A DNA stretch of 63,997 nucleotides, the filler included, from Stramenopiles sp. TOSAG23-6 (Eukaryota): assembly GCA_900128565.1 (NCBI GenBank). It is 7 parts of 7 records of this genome, joined end to end, with 100 filler letters (N's around TTAATTAATTAA, not from the genome) between each part and the next. Parts side by side here need not be neighbours in the genome. Positions count along the whole stretch, not along the records: positions 9,447 to 18,762 come from LT636379.1; positions 18,863 to 28,173 come from LT636380.1; 5 more parts are not named here. One strand, written 5' to 3'. The translations under genes were made by a program, and so were the position numbers. The notes under the pieces were generated by a model. It did no database searches. It had not been told where the DNA came from and worked only from the letters and a program-made list of their open reading frames with translations. Position 1 is the first letter of the stretch; every line of letters starts with the position of its first letter. Of this stretch, positions 11,018-22,558 are shown one piece after another.

Positions 11018-11674
11018 CTATATTGATGATTGTGTAGAGATTTTGGAAAAAAAAATCAAAAAAAAAAACGTTTTAGGTTTAGGTACAAAGTTTTCAAAAA
11101 AAAGAAAATAAGATGAATAAAAAACGTACATGATAAGAAAAGCATCCTGTTCAGCTGCTGCTTGAATGGTGACTGTTGATGCTATCATTCGGTTTTCTAC
11201 ACCACGGGCAATACTATCAAAAACGTTGGATATTTTATTTTTTGCTTTTTTTTCTGCTGTTGCTGCTGCATCGACAGCACGATTGACACTGCCACCAGGC
11301 ACAGCCATAGCACTAAGAGCAAGAGCAGGCAAAGCTTTATGTTGTGTCATAGACTCAACTTCAAGCATAGATAGACCATCTTGGTTATATTTGTTATATT
11401 CGTTGGAAGCTGTTTTCATTGAAGGAGACATTCCCGCGAGTTGTTCAAAACAATATCCTTGAGGGTCCTTGACACCCTTATCATATGAGTAGAAACAATG
11501 CATACCTGAAGTACAATCAGTATGAGAAGTACACGCGCGAAGTCCTAACTGATCAGCTGTTTGGTTAGTTGTGTTAATTTCAAGTGAATTTTCTAATTTT
11601 GAAGCAACGGCAAAGTCTGTTGACAAGAAGAAAGTTAAAAAGAAATGTAACTTATACAGTACTGCCACATCCAT
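11018..11674 (-). CDS. Secreted hypothetical protein with a small Cys motif; family intron near the 3' end (donor 11129, acceptor ~11036-11040)
   Basis: Signal peptide; CTSHTDCTSGMHC motif; at|GTACGTTTT..TTTGTACCTAAACCTAAAAC. Confidence 0.55.
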   Translation of the reverse strand: MDVAVLYKLHFFLTFFLSTDFAVASKLENSLEINTTNQTADQLGLRACTSHTDCTSGMHCFYSYDKGVKDPQGYCFEQLAGMSPSMKTASNEYNKYNQDGLSMLEVESMTQHKALPALALSAMAVPGGSVNRAVDAAATAEKKAKNKISNVFDSIARGVENRMIASTVTIQAAAEQDAFLIMYVFYSSYFLFFENFVPKPKTFFFLIFFSKISTQSSI

Positions 11675-11987
11675 CGTAGTGTTTATGGGGTTTATGGGTT
11701 GTATGGGGAGATATGAATTTAAATTATACTTATGATCTCAAGGATGAAATTTTTCTCGTCTATCCAGTTTGAATTGAAATTTGACTTTTTGTTTTTTTCT
11801 GCTCCTATATTATATAATATGTCCAGATTTCGTGTCATTTGACGCTTTTTTGATTTTTTTTCAAAGTTTGCTAAAGTTTGTTTTAAGTTCTTCACTTCAG
11901 GTTATTCAGAGCTGCTGCTCTCACTCCTCCTCTTGATCTACTATATTATCAATCAATGCAATCTTCGTATAATATATACAATCGTCA

Positions 11988-12641
11988 ATGAGTCAGACAG
12001 ATAATTTCTTGAATAAAGTTGCTCGTCGCTGGCGTGAAGCTGGTGGTCTCATAGTTATTGATGGTCCTAAACCTGTAAATAACAGCAGAAGAACAACAAC
12101 AGCTTCGTACTATATAGAGTCAAAAGAAGGAGAAGAAGCTACACTTCGAGAACAAGATTGGATGTACTTTGTAAAAACAAAAAATATCAACATAGAGGAA
12201 TTGAAAGTGAATTTTACTTCTGTTATAGATGCCAGTTTTGGACAACCAGCAAGAGAAAATATAGAATCATGGGGTGATTGGGAGCTTTGGATCCAACGAA
12301 TCAAAAAATCAAATTGCCCAGATTTAGCAACTGCTGCCATTTCTGAAATAGCAAATTCTGATTGGGATGAAACAGGTGAGATTGAAAATCATCCAGCTAC
12401 AGAAGGTGTTTTTTATATTAGTATGTATAGTGCAAAAAGTTGTCTTCGAAAACTTCAACCAGATGAAACAAATTGGGATTCAATTCTTGGCAACATTGCG
12501 ATAGATCTTGAACCGTCAACTTTTGGATGTGAAGACAAAAATCCAGTCGCAGCGATACAAGTAGAGAATGATGGAAATACTAGAATATTTTTTGTTGATG
12601 TTGGTGATAATCTTTATAGATTTTGTTATGAAACAAGTTGA
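11988..12641 (+). CDS. Hypothetical protein
   Basis: 217-aa intronless ORF with globular composition. Confidence 0.6.
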   Translation: MSQTDNFLNKVARRWREAGGLIVIDGPKPVNNSRRTTTASYYIESKEGEEATLREQDWMYFVKTKNINIEELKVNFTSVIDASFGQPARENIESWGDWELWIQRIKKSNCPDLATAAISEIANSDWDETGEIENHPATEGVFYISMYSAKSCLRKLQPDETNWDSILGNIAIDLEPSTFGCEDKNPVAAIQVENDGNTRIFFVDVGDNLYRFCYETS

Positions 12642-12823
12642 TATTAAATAAATTGTTTAAAATTGTTTTTCGTGTTTTTCGTTATTTTTTTTGATAGCAA
12701 ATTAAATTTGATAGTATGGTAAATCTCACTCACTCAAAAAGCAAAAAACTCTTCAATTTTCTTCGTTGTCTTCATTTGAAAGCTTCAAAAACATTTAAGA
12801 AAATATTACACAATTGAAATAGA

Positions 12824-13402
12824 ATGATACTTGACCAGTTGAATTTGAATGATAAAGGAATAGAGAATGGGGTTGTTACCTTTTCTAGTAGTGATTATAT
12901 AAAGACAGCAAAAGAGAATAAAATCTGTCGATCGTGTACACTCTGTGGTAGTCAAAACATTATTCTACACGGCAAAACGATCATCAAAGCTGAGGTAATT
13001 ATCCGAGGTGATCTTGCACAAGTTCGTATTGGGCGATATTGTATTATAAATGAGAATTGTGTGTTAAGACCTCCATATAAAGCGCTGCAAAGAGGTTTTG
13101 CATTTTATCCCATGCAGATTGGAAATAATGTTGTTTTTGGTAGTGGAAGTATCGTTGAAGCTGCAAGTATTGGTGCAAATGTTCGTATTGGGAAAAGGTG
13201 TATAATCGCCAAACGATGCATCCTTAAAGATTGTTGTGCTCTTCTTGATGACACAGTCTTAGCTCCTGATACAGTAGTACCGCCGTTTTCAGTCTTTGCG
13301 GGAGCACCTGGTAAACTAATTGCTGAATTGCCAGACTGTGTTCCAGAATTATTTGAAGCTTTGAGTGAAGAAATTTTCAGAAAATTTCAATCAACAGCAT
13401 AA
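12824..13402 (+). CDS. DCTN5: Dynactin subunit 5 (p25)
   Basis: LCGSQNIILHGKTII..IIRGDLAQVRIGRYC..LRPPYK; left-handed beta-helix repeats. Confidence 0.95.
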   Translation: MILDQLNLNDKGIENGVVTFSSSDYIKTAKENKICRSCTLCGSQNIILHGKTIIKAEVIIRGDLAQVRIGRYCIINENCVLRPPYKALQRGFAFYPMQIGNNVVFGSGSIVEAASIGANVRIGKRCIIAKRCILKDCCALLDDTVLAPDTVVPPFSVFAGAPGKLIAELPDCVPELFEALSEEIFRKFQSTA

Positions 13403-13603
13403 TATCAAATGAAGCTATAATTTGCATTTCTAGAAAGTAATGAATGCGAAAAGATGCTACAATACTAAAAGTAACCAAATACAAAAATTTGGTACGAAGT
13501 CTGAGTTATTAGGGTAACTTTTTTTAATTGAATAATAATAAACTAAACGAATGAAACTATATTTTCAAATTTTTCTACATTTTTCTTTGTCTGATATACT
13601 CAT

Positions 13604-14060
13604 TTATGAAACTCGAGATTGCTCTTCAACCATTTTCATCTCAATACGTTTCTGTGTTTCCATATATTTGGCGATACAACGATCAGTACAGCTTTTCTCT
13701 CCTAATTCGAGCTCAGGCTGGATTGTACGTCGTTATACAAGCATATTTCTTTGTGAGTCAAGGGTGATGCAATTATACGAAAAAAAATAGGTAAAGGAAA
13801 ACAATATAAATACATGCATAATTTGAAAGGTGTATGTCAATGTTTGTATTGAATACAGTACATATATAGAAAGGGAAACTTACATTTCTGACGTCTGTGA
13901 CACATTTCTTCCAGCACATTCTTGTCATACGGTTAAACATATCTTGAATACATTGAACTTCAATTTCTGCTACAGTCAGTGGATTTACATCTCCATTACC
14001 AAATTGTCCCTGTGGAGGTGGTGGTGGAGCCTGTGCTGCTGACGATCCAAACCAAGACAT
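13604..14060 (-). CDS. TIM10: Mitochondrial small Tim chaperone Tim10 (exons 14060-13884, 13717-13604)
   Basis: DMFNRMTRMCWKKC..N-PELELGEKSCTDRCIAKY twin CX3C motif. Confidence 0.9.
13718..13883 (-). other. Canonical GT-AG intron, not of the repeat family
   Basis: GTAAGT...TCCAG, 166 nt, restores Tim10. Confidence 0.9.
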
Positions 14061-14440
14061 TATTGTTTAATGTATATACAAAGAACGCAAGTTGTACGTC
14101 TACCAGACAACAAACAACAACACGATGTGTCAGTCAGTCCAATGCACTCAAGCTCAGAAAAAAAATTGAGGCTCTAAAACACGAAATTCCGATGATTTCC
14201 GATAAAGCTAATCGTCTTCGTCGAATTCCGAATTCTTCAAAAAAATTGGCTGGATGCGGATGTTGTTGTTGTTGTTTGTTTGTGGTGTGCGGCGGAGAGT
14301 TCCTCGCAAGCGCATCGAAAAATATTTCAGTGTTTATTGCTTCAATAGCGTATTAATCAAAACCCAGTACACTCCATTGGGAGAATTTCAAGTTATTTGT
14401 ACGAGCTACGCTTCATTTACCATCTTTTTTTTGTTGAAAC

Positions 14441-17131
14441 ATGGTAACTTTAAGAGCTCGAGTTCAGAGTGAATCCGATCCCCTGTCTAAACAGACAAAG
14501 TTGACGGATGAAGAAATTGTGTCGTGCTTATATAAGGAGTACGATCCTTCAAAGAAAATGATTACAATGACTGCAATTCGGAAACGTTTTGATGTGAATG
14601 AACCTCGGAGTAGAGTGATATTTACATCTATAAAACATTTGGTAACAACTGTAGTTAAAAAGGGGGATAAAGAAAATGGCACTGTCAGCCCAGTTCCCTC
14701 AACAGATAGTTCCTCACCTGATAATGCTACGAAGAAGAAATCAAGCAAAAGTAAACACAGGATACCAAAGAAAGAGAAGAAGGCTGATATGAATAAAACC
14801 TCTTCCTCTGAAGGTGAACAAGGTGATTCTTCCGTCAAGAAAGAAGTGAACAAAGATGCGAACAAAGATGGTTATAACAAACGAAAACGTTCTTCTCAGG
14901 TCAAAGTGTCCCCGCCTAAACGAGCACGTCATAATAATCGCTCCAATTCAGGACGTGATTTGTTCTTAGAACTTCATCCGATTGTACAATACAGATGTAT
15001 AGAAATGTTTGAGAGTAATTTTTTCAAGAGACATGACTTAAATGATAAATGTCTTAACTTAGTTTTGGAGTATACTCCTGAAGACGCCGTCCTCGCCCTA
15101 GATCTCCTCGGAGACCGCGACCCCAAAACAGTTCACAGTTTTAGTAGACTTCTCTCAGCATTACTCAAACGATATATAAAGATTAAAGATCGAAGGAATC
15201 GTCGACCACGTAGTTCTTCTCCACCTAGACGGTTTAATAGTGATCCACTGTCACGCAAATGCCGTGCAGAATTGAATAAGTTATATTCTAGAAATTTCTG
15301 TAAACCAGCCGATATTAGTGAAGAAGTTCTAGAACGTCTTGGTAAGCTTAGTGATCCCGATGGCTTAGAATCGTTACATCGTATTGGAATGAGAAATCCA
15401 ACAGATATTCGAAATTTTTCAAGGCTACTCTTGGCTATAATGGCACGATTTCCTGAAGAAGACCGTTCTCCCGCAGCAATGGCACGTCGACGTCACGAAA
15501 GAGAACGTCAGGATGAATTTAATAATCGACGACGGGAAGAAGTGAGACGCAGTGAATCAGATGATCACATACGAAGACCTTGGGGTCTTTTTGTTGGTCA
15601 AATTCCTGGTTGGGAAGCTCTTGAGCTTCGAGCTGCTTTCGAACCACACGGTAAAATTTTAGATTGTCACATTTTAAGACAAAAAAATAGGTCTTCACAC
15701 TGTGGCTTTGTAGTCTATGAAGATCCAGCGGAAGCCATTCGAGCTGCTAATATTTTGAATGGACACAAGAAAGGTCCTGCTTATAGACCTTTAGTTGTGA
15801 AAATCGCAGATACAGATCGTTTTGATTATTTTTTACAGGAGAATCCCCACGAAAGACGGCGAATTTTTGGTAACGGCATTCAGCCACTTCGCCCACCACC
15901 ACGACACGGTCAATTGCCCCCGCCTCGGCATCGTAATTTACCTCCAAATATGCCTCCAGCTCGACATGATAACTTACCTCCAAATATGCCTCCACAACGC
16001 AATGGTAATGTACCTCCAAATATGCCTCCACCTCGACATGGTAGTTTACCTCCGAATATGCCTCCATCTAGAAATGCTGCAAGTAGTTTACCTTATGATG
16101 AATCGATTCGTAATAGAAATCAATATACGCACTCTAATAACGGTTCTGTCTATCCACCACCAGCCACTAGTAACCCTAACGCATCACAGTCAATGTATGG
16201 TTCATCGTCAATAGCTCAACGTGATCAATATGGAGGATCTCGCACGAATACGGCAATGTATCCACCTCCAAATGGTGGTCCAAGAGTAATGGGGCAACCA
16301 AGCGTGTCAGTACACCAACAGTCGAAGTCGATGCAACCAACACTTCCTAATAATATGTTGCCTCAGCAACAACATTCAAGATCAATGCCGCCAACAATGA
16401 ATACACAACCGTTGATGAATAATATGCCACCACTTCACCAGTCAGGATCAATGCCACCTCAGCAACAACATTCAAAGCCAATGCCACCACAACAGCAACA
16501 ACATGTCGCTTCTGTTAACACATATGGGCAAATACCACCTGCAAACGCATATACTCCTCAAATTCCACCTACCACAATGACATTATATGAGAAAAATGAG
16601 TTTTCTAAATTATTAATGGGACTTACCATAAGTCAAACTAGTATTCAAGCCTGTTCAACATTTGTTCGTTCTAAGGCTAAACATGCTGAGTATATGGCTA
16701 CTGAATTTGTAAATCATGCATTACGAGTGAGTACATTTGATGCAAAATTAGCAGTTGTCTATGTTCTCTATGACGTCATCTTCAATGCGCGTAATAAATC
16801 TGCTAGTCCAGGTAATGATTTAAGAAGTCTCCAATTATTCATTGAAGCTCGTGTACTCTCTGTATTGAAGAGTACAAATGCTGCCGTGACAAGTGCGAAC
16901 GACAAAACTCGTCTAGATAAGACTATAACACGTTGTAAACAGCTTCTTCCTGACCAAGCTCATTTATTTGAACAACTTTCTTCGTTATCTTCAAGTAATT
17001 CCGTACATTCAACATCTAATTTATCTATGCCTAGACAACAACCTGGTTATATGACGTCAACAACGAATCAATATCAGAATGGAGTTACACCGCAACCTAA
17101 TTATACTCATCAGACTCAACAACGGTACTAA
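14441..17131 (+). CDS. RNA-binding protein with RRM, Pro-rich repeats and a C-terminal CID-like domain
   Basis: LFVGQIP and HCGFVVYE RNP motifs; LLMGLTISQTSIQACSTF..KLAVVYVLYDVI resembles a CTD-interacting domain; 33-nt repeats at ~15930-16070. Confidence 0.8.
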   Translation: MVTLRARVQSESDPLSKQTKLTDEEIVSCLYKEYDPSKKMITMTAIRKRFDVNEPRSRVIFTSIKHLVTTVVKKGDKENGTVSPVPSTDSSSPDNATKKKSSKSKHRIPKKEKKADMNKTSSSEGEQGDSSVKKEVNKDANKDGYNKRKRSSQVKVSPPKRARHNNRSNSGRDLFLELHPIVQYRCIEMFESNFFKRHDLNDKCLNLVLEYTPEDAVLALDLLGDRDPKTVHSFSRLLSALLKRYIKIKDRRNRRPRSSSPPRRFNSDPLSRKCRAELNKLYSRNFCKPADISEEVLERLGKLSDPDGLESLHRIGMRNPTDIRNFSRLLLAIMARFPEEDRSPAAMARRRHERERQDEFNNRRREEVRRSESDDHIRRPWGLFVGQIPGWEALELRAAFEPHGKILDCHILRQKNRSSHCGFVVYEDPAEAIRAANILNGHKKGPAYRPLVVKIADTDRFDYFLQENPHERRRIFGNGIQPLRPPPRHGQLPPPRHRNLPPNMPPARHDNLPPNMPPQRNGNVPPNMPPPRHGSLPPNMPPSRNAASSLPYDESIRNRNQYTHSNNGSVYPPPATSNPNASQSMYGSSSIAQRDQYGGSRTNTAMYPPPNGGPRVMGQPSVSVHQQSKSMQPTLPNNMLPQQQHSRSMPPTMNTQPLMNNMPPLHQSGSMPPQQQHSKPMPPQQQQHVASVNTYGQIPPANAYTPQIPPTTMTLYEKNEFSKLLMGLTISQTSIQACSTFVRSKAKHAEYMATEFVNHALRVSTFDAKLAVVYVLYDVIFNARNKSASPGNDLRSLQLFIEARVLSVLKSTNAAVTSANDKTRLDKTITRCKQLLPDQAHLFEQLSSLSSSNSVHSTSNLSMPRQQPGYMTSTTNQYQNGVTPQPNYTHQTQQRY

Positions 17132-17619
17132 ATTTTGATTTTGAGGTTTTTAAAGTGTTTTTAATGGTTTTTAAAGTGTTTTTAATGGTTTTTAATGGTT
17201 TTAGTAGTAGTTTGTTGTTGTACTGCTCTACAAATATTCAGAAAAAAAAAAGTCTTAAATCAAAGTATAGTATTTGTATTCTATAACTCATCAAACATAT
17301 ATAGACTCTATAATAATTTTATGGTCATTTTTGAAGTGTTTTGTAAGGTTATTATTTATTGCCAGACAATTTAATTGTATGTTTGAAATGCTTTGTATTC
17401 TAGACAATGTTACTAGGGTTAGGGTTATATTGATGTACTTCAATTGATCTGTTACACTCTTCAATATTGTATTTAAAGCAACATATGACAAACTTTGTCA
17501 TGGGAAGGTATCCACATTATACTATGATAATAATAATAGAAATAACTCTCAGAAAGGATTAAAATAGTACAATATTTTATTATTATTGAAGAATTAAACT
17601 GCATCAGTTCTACATTACA

Positions 17620-18650
17620 TTTTTCTTTGTTTTTTAGTTAGGGTTAGGGTTGTTGTTGTATTGTCTTCATCGCATCTTTTTTGTTTTTTTGTATTTGTTT
17701 TTGCACTTTTTGTAGATAATCCACTATCACTANTTCGTGNTTTTTTTNCCCACNGGTGCAGATTTAAATATAACTTTACGCAATGTTGTTGATAGTTGTA
17801 CAGGTTTTGTAAGTAAAACACATTGTTGGACATCAAATAAAGCCATATATTGAAATGCTTGTAAGGGAGGACATAATGGATAATTATCGTTTTTCGTGTT
17901 TTTGTATTTCGTATTTTTCGTATTTTTCGTATTTTTCGTATTTTTCGTATTTTCAAATACAATACTTTGTGAAATTTCGTCATTTTCAGGAAGAATAACC
18001 TCAACTATATAAGAATTCTCTGGTGCATCTTTTTTTGTATTTCTACGAAATTGTAAATTATCAATGTAATGTGTGGAAAAAATGACAAATATGTTTTTTT
18101 TTGTTAGATATTATAATATTATATTAAAAAAAAAAAAAAAAAATTTTGAAAAATAATTTTTTTTTCATCAAATGTAGTGTTAGTAGGGTTAGGGTTGCTA
18201 CTAGGGTTGTGTAATGTTAGGGTTAGGGTTAACGTACATAATTTGAACTTGAAATGAAGTACAAGATAAAAGCCATTCATCAAATGTATTAACAATGACG
18301 GCATCGTCTCTATACCATTTGCCTGTCTTTTTCAATGCATTTCGAACCATTTTTTTATTTCTGAATAAAATCATCGCTAAAGTAGGTTCAAATATTCCAC
18401 TTTTCGGCTTGAAAAGATCAAGATTTTTTAATGGCTCAACAACACTTCTATACAAAAAAAGACTAGGTGTACTAGGGTTAGGGTTCGTACTAGGGTTAGG
18501 GTTTACGTTATACAAAAAACCGGAATTTAAATTTTTTGTTATATTTAGTAGTCGACTTAATTTTTGACACCGTAAGGAAGATTCTATCCTCAATGCTAAT
18601 AATTTATTACGTACAATAGGTACATTACTGGACAAATCTGCTTTAGAAAA
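17620..18650 (-). CDS. Hypothetical protein fragment, ends approximate; diverged family intron at ~18115-18237
   Basis: Open frames on either side of at|GTACGTTAACCCTAAC; the 3' half of another copy lies at ~18651-18720. Confidence 0.35.
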
Positions 18651-18762
18651 ATAATTTGTGAAAAATATTTCAATTTTGATTTGTTTTCCTACATTAGGTA
18701 ACAAAATTTTTTTTACCAAAAAAAAAAAAAGATGCGATGAAGACAATACAACAACAACCCTA

Positions 18763-18862
18763 NNNNNNNNNNNNNNNNNNNNNNNNNNNNNNNNNNNNNN
18801 NNNNNNTTAATTAATTAANNNNNNNNNNNNNNNNNNNNNNNNNNNNNNNNNNNNNNNNNNNN
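18763..18862. other. Artificial contig linker
   Basis: N44-TTAATTAATTAA-N44. Confidence 0.98.
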
Positions 18863-18892
18863 TTTTTTTTTTTTTTTTTTTTCACAATATAT

Positions 18893-19730
18893 GGTTCATT
18901 ACGCTTCAATGTTGATCCATTTAACGAATCTACTGATGAACAAGTCTTACATGCATTATCCACAGTTGGTATTTCAGAAAATAGCAATTGGATTCAAACT
19001 TCAAATCAAAACGTTGTGGACAAACATGAAAAAACACGAAATCCGACAAACATGACAAACACGAAATATAAGCATTGTGTAATACATCCTTTATTAAGTA
19101 CGGAAATTAAAGAACATGGGAATAATCTAAGCGCAGGACAAAAACAATGCGTCTCTTTAGCAAGAGCAATTTTAAGAAAAACAGAAATTTTGATTTTAGA
19201 TGAAGCTACTGCAAATGTTTGTTTTCAATACTTATTTTCAATATTTATTTATTTATTTTTAATATTTATTTTCAAAAAAAAATTTCAGTTTTTAATGTTC
19301 AATTTTTAATGTTCAATTGTATTTCAAAAAAAAAAAATTTCAAAATTTTTAATTTTCAATATTTATTTTCAATTTTTTTAATGTTCAATTGTATTTCAAA
19401 AAAAAAAAATTCAAAAATTTCAAATTTTTTTTTGTATAGTACATTTCGTACCTAACATATTCACCAAACACTGAAAAAATAAAAAAAATCACAAAACATG
19501 TGGATTACCAAACTGATAATTTGGTACAAAATTTGATACGTAAATCATCCATTTTTCAAAAAGCCACAGTGATTACAATTGCACATCGTATTTCAACTGT
19601 TATTGACTGTGATGTCATTGTTGTAATGGAAAATGGTACAATTATTGAAATGGGATCACCTGAAAAATTGTGTAAGTTAGAGAATGGACATTTTAAACGT
19701 TTATTGGATGCATCAAAAAGAGAAAAGTAA
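18893..19730 (+). CDS. ABCC/MRP transporter, C-terminal nucleotide-binding domain (exons 18893-19216, 19500-19730)
   Basis: [39 protein letters not shown] and TVITIAHR motifs. Confidence 0.93.
19217..19499 (+). mobile_element. Introner-family intron, GT-AT, expanded to 283 nt by internal duplication
   Basis: aat|GTTTGT...TCGTACCTAAC...ACAAAACAT|gtg restores DEATANVD. Confidence 0.9.
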
Positions 19731-20011
19731 GCGTTAGTTTTATGTAGCCTACCTAGGGTTAGGGTTCACAAATCACGAAATCCTAACAAAAAGTGATGAA
19801 GGGAAATTTTAAAATTTTTTTTTTGAAATGTTTCGCATGTTTTTGGATACGATTTGGATTTGATTTTGAAATATATACGTATCCTATCGCACCCAACTGC
19901 AGCACACATAAAATCTTAATTCGAATTTTGATTTGTTCTCTGTATATCTCTACGGAATTGACTGAAAATATATAGAATACTTTCTCTTGTAGTGTTCTAA
20001 ACAACCACGCG

Positions 20012-21523
20012 ATGAAGCAATTCTACTTTTTAATTACTCTTCTACTTATTTCTTGTCATGCAACTGCTGGTTCAACTGAACCTGCTGGAAATGGAGAACT
20101 AGCAGACGCACCAGAAAATCAACCACCATATGGCGTGAAGCCACAACCGGATCAGCCCGAACAGCCACCCGCCGGGACGGTTGCAGCAGCTACTCCATCT
20201 GTTTCAAATGAAACACCTACTCCATCTGTTTCAAATGAAGCAAGTGATACAACCAAACCTAACGCAGCAGAAGAAAACAAAGCATTGTTAAGTAATGGAC
20301 GTACTGAAGAGGGAAAACAATTGCTAAAACAAACGGAAATTGATAAGGATACGGACAAAGCGGCAGTGGATGCAGCCAAGAAAGAGTTGAATGACGCCGA
20401 TGAACGTGTAACAAAGGCAGAAGAAGCAATAAAAGCGGCAAATGCTGAAAAAAAAAAGGCAATGGAAGACCAAGTGAAAGCACAGGAAGAGTTTCACAAA
20501 GCTGAGACAAAGTACGCAAATGTTCTAAAGAAATTGAAACATTTGAAGGAAAATTCTGGGGAAGGTAAACAGTATATTCAAAATGAAAATTGTGTCGGGA
20601 AAGACTTATATCTTGTTACATATCCAGAAGCTGACACGGATACCGAAGAGAAAAAGTCGGAATTTTGCAGATTGGTTTGCAACGTCGTTGACGGATGCTA
20701 TGGGTTTATCCTTACAAATAAGGGGAAAGGAACTACATGCCGTTTCAACACAAAGGAATGCCACAGCTTTATATCTAAAGTAGATGGTCCAAAAAGTGAG
20801 ACTGGGGAAGGTGACGAAGGTTCTACTGGTGCTGCTGGTGATGGCGAAGGCCAAGGTGACAAAGCTACTACTGGTGCTACTGTTCCTCCTCCTACTGCTC
20901 CTGCTCCTGCTGATACTGTTCCTGCTGATGGTGATTTAAAAGAAGTTAAACGATTCAGGTTTAGGGAAACCAATACTGTATATCACACGCGTATACATCA
21001 CAAGTCATCAGACAAAGCTGAAGCATTACAAGCTAAAGTACACGGAAAAAATGCCAGTAAAGCAAGTTCTTATACAAATAGTTTTGTGTTGACGAAACAA
21101 AACTGTGAGTATCATACATTATTTGAGGTGACAAGTTTTGTCAGAGAAGATGGAGAGTTGTATGAAGATTGTCAAAAAATGTGTAATAATCATGAAAAAT
21201 GTTTTGGTTTTTTAAAGGATGAAAAGGTATGCACAATGCAAACAAAAGATTGTAACATTACACCGAGACACGCACGAAATGGTAAATGCTTTTATCGTAA
21301 AGCAGCTTTAAAAGTAACTGGTTTGGATGACTCAAAAAGTTATGAAGAAACTGAGTGTCAAGCTTCCGGTGTCAATAAGCCGAAAGAAGTTTGGGTTGAA
21401 AGCACTCTACCTAAGACTGCAACAAAGGGTGCAGAAGAAAAATCAAAGACAAAAGTTCCCACGATGGTCACAAAGGTCGCAAAGAAAGAAACACCCAAAG
21501 AGAAAGAAAAAACATCATTTTAG
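20012..21523 (+). CDS. Secreted protein with coiled coil and two PAN/apple-like Cys modules
   Basis: Signal peptide; CRLVCNVVDGCYGF and CQKMCNNHEKCFGF. Confidence 0.7.
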   Translation: MKQFYFLITLLLISCHATAGSTEPAGNGELADAPENQPPYGVKPQPDQPEQPPAGTVAAATPSVSNETPTPSVSNEASDTTKPNAAEENKALLSNGRTEEGKQLLKQTEIDKDTDKAAVDAAKKELNDADERVTKAEEAIKAANAEKKKAMEDQVKAQEEFHKAETKYANVLKKLKHLKENSGEGKQYIQNENCVGKDLYLVTYPEADTDTEEKKSEFCRLVCNVVDGCYGFILTNKGKGTTCRFNTKECHSFISKVDGPKSETGEGDEGSTGAAGDGEGQGDKATTGATVPPPTAPAPADTVPADGDLKEVKRFRFRETNTVYHTRIHHKSSDKAEALQAKVHGKNASKASSYTNSFVLTKQNCEYHTLFEVTSFVREDGELYEDCQKMCNNHEKCFGFLKDEKVCTMQTKDCNITPRHARNGKCFYRKAALKVTGLDDSKSYEETECQASGVNKPKEVWVESTLPKTATKGAEEKSKTKVPTMVTKVAKKETPKEKEKTSF

Positions 21524-21708
21524 GTGAATAAAGACGATTGAGAGTGGAATAAAAAAACAAAGAAGCAAATAACGACTTCTTTTTTTTTAAATGTTGAAAA
21601 ACACTTTTTTTACTGTTGGTGCTGTATATAAACAGTTCTAATAATAAAAGTTTTATAATCAAAATCATTCGTTTATCAATGTACATTTGTTAAATAAAGA
21701 GATAAATA

Positions 21709-22122
21709 TTACTCGTTAGAAACTATTCGCCTCCAACGTACTTGTCCAGCTTTCTGAGTTGACTGACGACGTGCCATGACACGTGTGGCCGAAACAATAA
21801 ATAAAATGAGCATGCAAATTTCAAAGAAAATAAAGTGATACACACTTCCACCGTCTTTGATTTTTTGATTGTCAGGAGTACAACTTTGAAATACACGGTA
21901 ACCACCAATACCAGAAGTACCAGGCTTTTCAATGGTAGTATCGTTGCTATTTTCTTCTAGATGACAATTTACTTCAAGTCTCCACTGTGTAGCTTTACAA
22001 AAAGACATATCAAGCTGATCATTGCGACAGCGTGAGCATATACCTAATACTGTACAAGGTTGGCCATTACAAGCAGTGCAATTTTGAACTTTGTCTAATG
22101 TATGGGTAATAGTACCTTCCAT
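21709..22122 (-). CDS. JTB-like single-pass membrane protein
   Basis: Cys-rich domain (CSRC..C..C..FQSC), then FIFFE transmembrane segment and RRQ. Confidence 0.65.
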   Translation of the reverse strand: MEGTITHTLDKVQNCTACNGQPCTVLGICSRCRNDQLDMSFCKATQWRLEVNCHLEENSNDTTIEKPGTSGIGGYRVFQSCTPDNQKIKDGGSVYHFIFFEICMLILFIVSATRVMARRQSTQKAGQVRWRRIVSNE

Positions 22123-22558
22123 TTCTTCGACACTTGTTAAGGTTATATGTTTTTCGATTTACTACGTATTCGAATTTCGAAGAGAAGTTCGAACAATTNT
22201 TGAAAATTTCAAATTTCAACTGATACGGAACACGAAATCTCAAATCTTACTATGCAGATTATTCTGTATAGAAAATTCGTACCAAAATTTCCGGCTTGAA
22301 TATTGCGCTACAAGAAGAGTGCACCGGTCATGATCATCTCGACTTTGTTGTTTGTTGTTCATGATCTCTGACTGTAAGTGTGAAAGCGCAATTACTATTA
22401 GCGAAGTTTGTGTAATTCACAAGACTTACAAAAGCAATTAGGTTTTGTCTTTAATCATACGATCTACGGTATTCTGTGTATTTGTGGCTTAATAACATTC
22501 TTCATCAAGTCGTTTTTGTGTTTGTNTACTCAAACAGCACTTCACCACGGTGGTTGGC

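Noticed and set aside
17645-18762. ~38-bp inverted repeat (17645-17682 vs 18725-18762) as transposon ends
   Set aside because: The second copy is the last bases of a contig and abuts a half intron; this is typical of an amplification or assembly inversion chimera
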